43,180 bases of DNA, from contig DVJT01000106.1 in NCBI GenBank assembly GCA_018716565.1, positions 1-43,180 of the forward strand, in the 5' to 3' direction. Below, piece after piece: positions 17,537 to 24,022 of the stretch. Source of the DNA: Candidatus Avigastranaerophilus faecigallinarum. Its GTDB lineage: Bacteria > Cyanobacteriota > Vampirovibrionia > Gastranaerophilales > Gastranaerophilaceae. The notes below the pieces were generated by a model, which saw only the letters and a program-made list of their open reading frames with translations, was not told the DNA's origin and did not search any database. Position 1 is the stretch's first letter. Each line of letters starts with the position of its first letter. Position numbers and translations under genes: made by a program.

Positions 17537-18639
17537 ATATTGTTAATGAAGAAGATCTTTTGAAAAAAACAAGCGAAAATAATTTCGTACATTGTCAATT
17601 ATGCGGCAAAGAATTTTATACAAAAACTCCAAAAAAGGCTAAATACTGTCCTGAATGCTTGATTAAAAGCCGCAGAAAAGAGTTTATAAATATAATTTCA
17701 AATAAGGATTTTAAAATTCTTTATAAACAATTTTTTCCTTACATAAAAAAATGTACAAGAAATTATATATCTTCTGACTCAGACTTGTTTGATTTTGTGG
17801 TAGAACAATCACTTGTTAATATATGGATTAGATGGGTTGCTATGATTAATAATGGTATGACCGTCAATGAACTTCAAAAAATTACAAAAACAGAGTTGTT
17901 CTATTGCGTTAAATATAGTTATTATGCGGTTATAAGAGCAAGGGATTTACCTCCGACATTACATTGTCATAACAAAAAAATAGCCGAGGAAGAATTAAAT
18001 GTATTAAGATTAGATATGCCAAAGTCTTCGGATATCGATAGCCCGGATAATCTTATTGATTATATAGTCGATTCAAAACCACCAATAAGTAAAATATTAG
18101 ATTTTAAAAAAATATTAAATCAAATAATGGTTGAGAGTATTTTAGATTCAGATGTTAAAGCGGCTATTATAAGAACAGAATTAACTGATATAAATGTTAA
18201 AACATCTATATCTGAAAAAGAAAAGGTTAGTTTGATTAATAATCAATACAACTTGAAAATAGATAACTTAAAGCAGTTAAAATCAAAAGCTCAAAATGGA
18301 ATAAAAAAACTTTATAATGCTTACTCTCCGGAACTAAAAGAAATTTTAGAACTTTGCGATAATGATTTTAGATTGGACACTAACAGTAAAGAATTAAAAA
18401 AACATTATTTGTATAATCCAATAAAAAGATGCGTAGTATGTAACAAAGCATTTATCAGTAGAAATGATGCTCTTGTATGCAGCAGGGAATGTGCAAAAAA
18501 AAGAGCTGAACAAAACAAACTCAAATTACAGTATAGAAACAAATTAAATGAGCTTTTTAGCAAAGCATATAAATCTAATACGATGGAAGAATGCTCAATT
18601 TTTCTTTCCAAAATGGAAGAATTTATTAAAAAGTTATAG
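17533..18639 (+). CDS. 368-aa protein with N- and C-terminal zinc ribbons; candidate late-gene regulator
   Basis: CQLCGKEF...YCPEC at the N-terminus and CVVCNKAF...VCSREC at the C-terminus. It is the last gene before the early/late non-coding junction. The function is inferred from position only. Confidence 0.45.
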   Translation: MNIVNEEDLLKKTSENNFVHCQLCGKEFYTKTPKKAKYCPECLIKSRRKEFINIISNKDFKILYKQFFPYIKKCTRNYISSDSDLFDFVVEQSLVNIWIRWVAMINNGMTVNELQKITKTELFYCVKYSYYAVIRARDLPPTLHCHNKKIAEEELNVLRLDMPKSSDIDSPDNLIDYIVDSKPPISKILDFKKILNQIMVESILDSDVKAAIIRTELTDINVKTSISEKEKVSLINNQYNLKIDNLKQLKSKAQNGIKKLYNAYSPELKEILELCDNDFRLDTNSKELKKHYLYNPIKRCVVCNKAFISRNDALVCSRECAKKRAEQNKLKLQYRNKLNELFSKAYKSNTMEECSIFLSKMEEFIKKL

Positions 18640-18783
18640 GTGTTAAATTACACCATGGGGAAAAACGCAATGAGATTTGAATTTTAATGTGAAAAATATA
18701 CTAAAAGGAAGGAAGAAATAAATTTAAGAAAATTTGATTTAAAGGCTAAATAAATTAATGGTTTTAATGTATAAAAATTTGAT

Positions 18784-18818
18784 TAAAAAAAAGGTGTTAA
18801 ATAACACCTTTTTTTTTG
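18784..18818. terminator. Bidirectional intrinsic terminator
   Basis: A8 run, then AAGGTGTT-aaat-AACACCTT (18791-18810), then a T9 run. Confidence 0.7.
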
Positions 18819-18840
18819 TTCAAAAAATGTTAATGTGTAA

Positions 18841-18869
18841 ATGTTCGCAAGTTTCCTTAATTGGGAGGA
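18841..18869 (+). promoter_or_regulatory. Bipartite box ATGTTCGCAA-N9-ATTGGGAGGA (second copy at 42745-42770 with N6)
   Basis: Two exact 10-mers occur in the same order at two late-region intergenic sites. Confidence 0.45.
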
Positions 18870-18876
18870 GTTACTG

Positions 18877-19166
18877 AGTGAACCTAAGTAAAGCAATTTA
18901 CATAATCTAGTGTCGCAGCCTGCCGCCGGCTGTCTTGAAATTCCTTTTCGCTCCAAGCGTATCGCCTACGGAGCTTTGCTCTTGCCGGCTTTTGCTTGTC
19001 GCTTACCACGCTTCGCGAGTCCGGAATTTCGCTCCTCGCCGCCGTCTTACTGCTCACCTTTTCAAAGTGCCACTCTCAAAAATTCACTCACACCTTCGGC
19101 TTACCGTGAATTTTTGTTCGGACAACTTAAAATATGTAAATTGCCGCTTAGTCTTTAGTTTTCACT
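18877..19166. other. GC-rich non-coding island closed by an interrupted inverted repeat (candidate structured RNA, leader or cos region)
   Basis: AGTGAA/CTAAG/GCAATTTACATA (18877-18904) pairs with TATGTAAATTGC/CTTAG/TTCACT (19133-19166). Internal helices: 18937-18944 with 19023-19030, 19081-19087 with 19106-19112, and 18916-18920 with 18928-18932. No credible ORF. Confidence 0.55.
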
Positions 19167-19173
19167 TAAACTG

Positions 19174-19199
19174 GGAGTTCATTTTGAACTCCTTTCTTT
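19174..19199 (+). terminator. Hairpin plus U-rich tail immediately upstream of the first late-region gene
   Basis: GGAGTTC-atttt-GAACTCC followed by TTTCTTT. It ends 14 nt before the ATG at 19213. Confidence 0.5.
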
Positions 19200-19212
19200 C
19201 CGGGAGTTAGTT

Positions 19213-19689
19213 ATGAAATCCTTTATTGTTCTTGATTGCTGTGCTTATGAAGTTAAAACACATACTAAAACTTTTGAATATATTGACTGTTTCAAAACAA
19301 AAAGAAACAAATATTTTAGAAAAAAACTTTCAGATGGAAGACTTATAAAAAAAGAGTTATTACTCATGACAACATGCCCTGTCTGCAAACATTTAATTTT
19401 AAAATATTTATGGTATGCAAATCCTATGAGCCGTTTTCAAGATTGGGATGATGAAAAAATAATAAGAGGAGCAAAAGCAGATGAAATATTTTCTCGCCGA
19501 TGTGAAGATTATGAATCAATGGAACTTCCCAATCCTTTTAAACCTCAAAAAGAGCCTAAATTTACAAAGAAAATACCATTAATTTATTATAAAAATATTG
19601 ATGGTTATTCTCAAATTCCCCGTTATATTAATGAAGCAGATGATGCCGGATTAAAAGTTATATGTCCAGTCAAAACAATAAAATTTTAA
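19213..19689 (+). CDS. Hypothetical protein (158 aa) with a CxxC motif
   Basis: GGGAG RBS. TTCPVCKH motif. No family recognised. Confidence 0.5.
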   Translation: MKSFIVLDCCAYEVKTHTKTFEYIDCFKTKRNKYFRKKLSDGRLIKKELLLMTTCPVCKHLILKYLWYANPMSRFQDWDDEKIIRGAKADEIFSRRCEDYESMELPNPFKPQKEPKFTKKIPLIYYKNIDGYSQIPRYINEADDAGLKVICPVKTIKF

Positions 19690-20369
19690 TAAAAAACCTC
19701 TTAAACAAAATAACTTTGGGTGATTGTTTTGAAATAATGAAACAACTTCCTGATAAGTGCATAGACCTTGTATTAACAGATCCTCCATACGGGTCTGGGG
19801 GGGGGGGATTTTGGGAAACAAAGAAGAGAAGTCGTTTCGGGGGTTTGTTTGACAAATATGAGATAAAAAGAACAGGCGGAACCTGGAATGAAAAATACGG
19901 TAAAAAAATTCAACACTGGGATGTTGCTCCAACTAAAGAAGTTTTTGATGAAATTTTCAGAATATCTAAAAACCAAATTATTTGGGGTGGAAATTATTTT
20001 TCACTGCCGCCGACAAGATGTTTTCTTGTATGGGATAAATTAACTATTTCTGATAAGTTTTCTATGGCAATGTGTGAATATGCCTGGACAAGTTTTAACC
20101 AAAATGCAAAAAGATATGAAATAGCTCCTCAAGACAAATACAGATTTCATCCGACTCAGAAACCGTTAAAATTAATTGAATGGTGTGTTCAAAACTATTC
20201 TAATGAAAATGAATTAATATTGGATTGTTTCTCGGGAAGTGCGACAACGGCGGTAGCTTGCCATAATTTAAACAGGAACTTTATTTGTATAGAAAAAGAT
20301 CCTGAATATTATGCAAAAAGTGTTCAACGATTAAATGAAGTTAAAGCTCAATTGAAATTTCTGTTGTAG
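19662..20369 (+). CDS. DNA methyltransferase, beta-class N6A/N4C (motif IV DPPY N-terminal, motif I C-terminal); no cognate endonuclease recognised
   Basis: ITLGDCFEIMKQLPDKCIDLVLTDPPY ... HPTQKPLKLIEWCVQNYSNENELILDCFSGSATTAVACHNLNRNFICIEKDPEY. Confidence 0.85.
   Translation: MSSQNNKILIKNLLNKITLGDCFEIMKQLPDKCIDLVLTDPPYGSGGGGFWETKKRSRFGGLFDKYEIKRTGGTWNEKYGKKIQHWDVAPTKEVFDEIFRISKNQIIWGGNYFSLPPTRCFLVWDKLTISDKFSMAMCEYAWTSFNQNAKRYEIAPQDKYRFHPTQKPLKLIEWCVQNYSNENELILDCFSGSATTAVACHNLNRNFICIEKDPEYYAKSVQRLNEVKAQLKFLL
19797..19807 (+). repeat. G11 homopolymer inside the methyltransferase CDS
   Basis: Counted directly: ctGGGGGGGGGGGatt, encoding GSGGGGF right after DPPY. It is the only G or C run longer than 5 that I found in the window. 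Confidence 0.95.
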
Positions 20370-20427
20370 CAAGTCTAAAACTTGTCGTATTAAAGTGAAA
20401 ATTCAACAATTATAAGAAGAAAATCTA

Positions 20428-21222
20428 ATGTTCAATATTGATGGAAAAGATTTCAAACAATTTGAAGAAAACCTAAAAAATACACATAAATATGCTGTTC
20501 CTGACACTGTAAGAAAAACATTAACTACTCTTGCATATAAAGCTCATGCTGAATATAAGAAAAACGTATCAAAAAATCTTGTATTAAGAGGCGGTAAAAA
20601 TAATAATATTGTTACTAAATCGATCCATTGGGAAAAAGCCCAATATAAAGAAAAAAATATTGATAATATGTATTCTTTAGTCGGGCAGTTAAATACTTTC
20701 TATGGCAAGGAAACGGACCAATTAAGAAAACAAGAATTCGGAGAAACGCTGGTTGCTAAATCAAAACATATAACAAAAGCAACAAAATATACAAGGGGAG
20801 GAAGCTACAGAAAATTAGTTCCTAAAGATAAATTAATTGCAAAAACCAATGTAAAAAGAATAAAGGATCTTGTAAAATATCCTGCAACAGGAACAACAAT
20901 GCAATTTAAACAGGCTATTGCAGTGGCACACAGACAGCACAAGACAATAAATTTTCTTCCTGAAACTGAAACTTCAGGACATAAATTCGGAATATTTCAG
21001 TTTTGGGATTCCGGTACAAAATATGATAAAAACGGCAAACCGCATGCGAAAGGTAAAGCTGCAAAATTACTTTATTCTTTTAAAGACAAAACTCAAAAGT
21101 TAGAAGCAAAGCCAATGCTTAGTCTTGCATCACATAAAGTTGGCATACAAAGTAAAGAAATTTTTAAAAAAGAAGCCGAACGGAGAATTGCAAAAGAAAT
21201 GTCAAAAAAATTAAAGAAATAA
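20428..21222 (+). CDS. Hypothetical Lys-rich protein (264 aa), possibly virion-associated
   Basis: The N-terminal region faintly resembles HK97 gp10-type morphogenesis proteins (VPDTVRKTLTTLAYKAHAEYKKNV). Weak. Confidence 0.4.
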   Translation: MFNIDGKDFKQFEENLKNTHKYAVPDTVRKTLTTLAYKAHAEYKKNVSKNLVLRGGKNNNIVTKSIHWEKAQYKEKNIDNMYSLVGQLNTFYGKETDQLRKQEFGETLVAKSKHITKATKYTRGGSYRKLVPKDKLIAKTNVKRIKDLVKYPATGTTMQFKQAIAVAHRQHKTINFLPETETSGHKFGIFQFWDSGTKYDKNGKPHAKGKAAKLLYSFKDKTQKLEAKPMLSLASHKVGIQSKEIFKKEAERRIAKEMSKKLKK

Positions 21223-21223
21223 A

Positions 21224-21254
21224 AGAGTAAATATTTCATATAGGTATTTACTCT
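21224..21254 (+). other. 10-bp perfect hairpin between the MTase cassette and the small terminase gene
   Basis: AGAGTAAATA (21224-21233) pairs with TATTTACTCT (21245-21254). There is no U-tract, so terminator function is uncertain. Confidence 0.35.
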
Positions 21255-21273
21255 TTCAAAAAGAGTTGCCATT

Positions 21274-21828
21274 ATGATTTTATCAAGAAAAGAATTTCAA
21301 GAAAAATACAATTATAAGCATATTCAGGCTGTTCATAGATTAGTAAGAGAAGAAAAAATTGATATCAATGATAAGGGTATGATTGATACCAATACAGCAA
21401 AAAATAAAGATTTTTGCATAAAGCGGGAAAAGAAAATAAACAAACTGAAAAAAACAAAAAAAACGGAAACTCAGAAAATTAAAAATTTAAAGTCTGAAGA
21501 ACAATTGGGTTTGGATATTGATATTTTAAATGCAAAAGTTGAAAGAACTTTAAAACAAAACGAACTGTTAGGTATAAAAATTGCAAAAGAAAAAGGAGAA
21601 CTTATTGAATCTGATTTATTAAACAAAATTATAGTTAATATTTTTGATTCATTTTTTCAGGCACTTTGCAATTACCCTAATATTAAAGCTGATGAAATTA
21701 TAGATTTAATTAAGTCAAATCAAAATCCAAAAGAAGAATTAATTAAAAATCTTACTGATGATATCATCTCCATAATAAAAGATGCTCTTGAAACCGCAAG
21801 AAAAATAACAAAGAAATATATAAAATAA
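21274..21828 (+). CDS. Terminase small subunit, Nu1-like
   Basis: The N-terminal HTH (LSRKEFQEKYNYKHIQAVHRLVREEKIDINDKGMID) parallels lambda Nu1 (NKKQLADIFGASIRTIQNWQEQGMPV). A coiled-coil tail follows. The gene is directly upstream of TerL with an ATAATG overlap. Confidence 0.55.
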   Translation: MILSRKEFQEKYNYKHIQAVHRLVREEKIDINDKGMIDTNTAKNKDFCIKREKKINKLKKTKKTETQKIKNLKSEEQLGLDIDILNAKVERTLKQNELLGIKIAKEKGELIESDLLNKIIVNIFDSFFQALCNYPNIKADEIIDLIKSNQNPKEELIKNLTDDIISIIKDALETARKITKKYIK

Positions 21829-23774
21829 TGAATATATTAACAAAAGAAGTACAAATTGATAAGATTTTTGATAATATATATAAAATTCTTCCTCGGGATG
21901 TTTTGATAAGCTGTTCTCAATGGGCAGAAGAAAACAGATTTATGAATTCCAAAATTACCGGAAGAAGCGGCAAGTTCAGTTTTAAGAATGCCCCGTATTG
22001 CAGAGAAATTGTTGATTGTTTTTCAAAGAACAATAACATACAAGAAATTGCAATAATGAAGGGTGTTCAACTGGGATTAACAACATCTGTTATAGAAAAT
22101 GTTATAGGATATTCAATTAATTTGGATCCTTGTCCGATGATGTTTGTTTTTCCAAATGAAAAGGAAGCTGAAAAATATAAAAAATTAAAAATTGATAATT
22201 TAATAGATAATTCTCATTTAAGAAGTAAAATTACAGCAGAAACTGAGGACAGAAACACAAGACGAACGGGTGATACTGCTTTAATGATTGAGTTTCAAGG
22301 AGGTTTTTTAACTTTTGCTTCTGCAAGAAAAGGAGTACAATTACGTTCAACTCCAATTAAGAAATTATTTCTTGATGAGTTAGATGCTTATCCCGATAAG
22401 ATAAAAGATGAGGGGAACCCTATTGATATAGCTTCAAAAAGAACAGACAGCTATATTAAATTCGGAAGAAAGATTTGTTATAATTCAACCCCTCTTTTAG
22501 CACATAAATCAAAAATACATGAACAATACAAAAAGGGAGATTGCAGAAAGTTCTTTGTTCCTTGTCCTTGTTGCGGTCAAAAACAAGAACTTGTTTTCTA
22601 TAAATCTGATGGAGGCGAATATTCTGATGAAAAGGCAATAATAAAAGGGCAGACAAAAAGCAAACCTTACGGGCTTTTATTTGATGTAAATGCATGTAAA
22701 AACGGAGATTATTCTTCTGTCCGATACAGATGTAAACATTGCGGCGGAGAATTTAAAGATTATCATAAATACGCTATAGAACAAGACGGAGAATGGATAC
22801 CAACTCAAAAATCCATAATCCCTTATTTCCGTTCTTATCATATATCTGCTCTGTATTCGTTAACGAAGCCCTGGGAAAATATAGTATTGGAATTTATAAA
22901 TGCAGGCAATAATCCTGATAAATTACAATCTTTTTATAACTTAAATCTTGGCTTGCCGTTTGAAGACAGAACAGGAGGGCTTGAATATCAAAAAGTTCAC
23001 CGATTAAAAGATGAAGATATGGAAAATAATATTCTGCCAAAGGAAGCATTATTTCTAACTTGTGCTGCCGATGTACAGCGTGACAGAATTGAATGTGAAA
23101 TAAAAGCCTGGGGCGATCGTTACCGGTGCTGGGGTATAGATCACAGAATTTTTAAAGGTAATGTTTACGATATTTACGACCCTTGCTGGAATAGTTTTTT
23201 AAAAATTAAAGATGAAGTTTTTAAATATGCAGATAAAATAAAACAAAACGGAATGCAAGTTGAGTTAATGGCAGTCGATTCCGGCGACGGAGAATTAAGA
23301 GATGTAGTTTATAATTTTTGTGATACATTCGGCGACGGATTAATAATGCCGTTAAAAGGTTTTGTTTCCACAACAAGAACAAGAGAAAAATTTAAAATAG
23401 TTCCTATTAACGAATTTGAAACTATTTCTCTTATAGAAATATATACGGATTTGTACAAAAATTCGCTTTCTCGTTATCTTTCACAGGAAGAAAGAATTGA
23501 TGATGATTATCCTGACGGATGGTTTACTTTTGCAAAAGGATATTCTGATGAATATTTCAGACAGCTTACAACAGAACAAAAAGTAAAGGTACAAACCCCG
23601 GGCGGATTAACTGCTATCAAATGGGTTCAACATGGCAGAAATGAAGCCTTTGACTTAAATGTTTACAATATGGCACTTGCCGACATTGTTATTTATCAAC
23701 AATCGGTTTTGTATTTAGGACTTGACAGTTCTAATGCAAGAGCTGTTTTTGAATTAATGAAAAAGAGGAAATAA
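21828..23774 (+). CDS. Terminase large subunit, lambda GpA family
   Basis: 648 aa. Walker B-like LFLDELDAYP, the CPCCGQ...CKHCGG zinc motif characteristic of GpA, and a C-terminal nuclease region. Confidence 0.88.
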   Translation: MNILTKEVQIDKIFDNIYKILPRDVLISCSQWAEENRFMNSKITGRSGKFSFKNAPYCREIVDCFSKNNNIQEIAIMKGVQLGLTTSVIENVIGYSINLDPCPMMFVFPNEKEAEKYKKLKIDNLIDNSHLRSKITAETEDRNTRRTGDTALMIEFQGGFLTFASARKGVQLRSTPIKKLFLDELDAYPDKIKDEGNPIDIASKRTDSYIKFGRKICYNSTPLLAHKSKIHEQYKKGDCRKFFVPCPCCGQKQELVFYKSDGGEYSDEKAIIKGQTKSKPYGLLFDVNACKNGDYSSVRYRCKHCGGEFKDYHKYAIEQDGEWIPTQKSIIPYFRSYHISALYSLTKPWENIVLEFINAGNNPDKLQSFYNLNLGLPFEDRTGGLEYQKVHRLKDEDMENNILPKEALFLTCAADVQRDRIECEIKAWGDRYRCWGIDHRIFKGNVYDIYDPCWNSFLKIKDEVFKYADKIKQNGMQVELMAVDSGDGELRDVVYNFCDTFGDGLIMPLKGFVSTTRTREKFKIVPINEFETISLIEIYTDLYKNSLSRYLSQEERIDDDYPDGWFTFAKGYSDEYFRQLTTEQKVKVQTPGGLTAIKWVQHGRNEAFDLNVYNMALADIVIYQQSVLYLGLDSSNARAVFELMKKRK

Positions 23775-24022
23775 TGCTTTATACAAAAAAAGAGTTGGAA
23801 GAAATACTTGCAGTTTTAAAATCTGCATATATAAGAGCTGCCGATTCCGGAGGCGTAACATCATATTCTATTAACTCAGGACAAGGCACTACAACTGTTA
23901 ATCAAGCCTCAATGGCTTCAATCAGAGCCGAAATAGAACATTACGAAGATCTGTTAAATGAGATTACAGAAACTGAATCAGGCTCTCATTGTATATCAAT
24001 ACAAGGTATAGGATTTATGTAA
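23774..24022 (+). CDS. Head-tail joining protein, gpW-like
   Basis: Size, position between TerL and portal, and ELEEILAVLKSAYIRAA...TTTVNQASMASIRAEIEHYEDLL parallel lambda gpW. Confidence 0.55.
   Translation: MLYTKKELEEILAVLKSAYIRAADSGGVTSYSINSGQGTTTVNQASMASIRAEIEHYEDLLNEITETESGSHCISIQGIGFM

Noticed and set aside
18877-19166. The island as a known RNA class (tRNA, tmRNA, RNase P, 6S)
   Set aside because: There is no T-loop, acceptor stem or tag ORF. The minus-strand GAGGAGCGAAATTCCGGACTC superficially recalls the RNase P GAGGAAAGTCCGGGCTC region. However, the rest of the conserved core is missing and the element is too short. The host would in any case carry its own RNase P RNA.
18910-19210. 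Two overlapping plus-strand ORFs (82 and 91 aa) inside the GC-rich island
   Set aside because: They have no RBS, overlap each other in different frames and have P/S/R/C-rich low-complexity composition. They exist only because stop codons are rare in the GC-rich segment.
20428-21222. The 264-aa gene after the methyltransferase as its cognate restriction endonuclease
   Set aside because: No PD-(D/E)xK or HNH-type motif is recognisable. The Lys-rich sequence looks more like a structural or DNA-binding phage protein, so an R-M pair is not supported.
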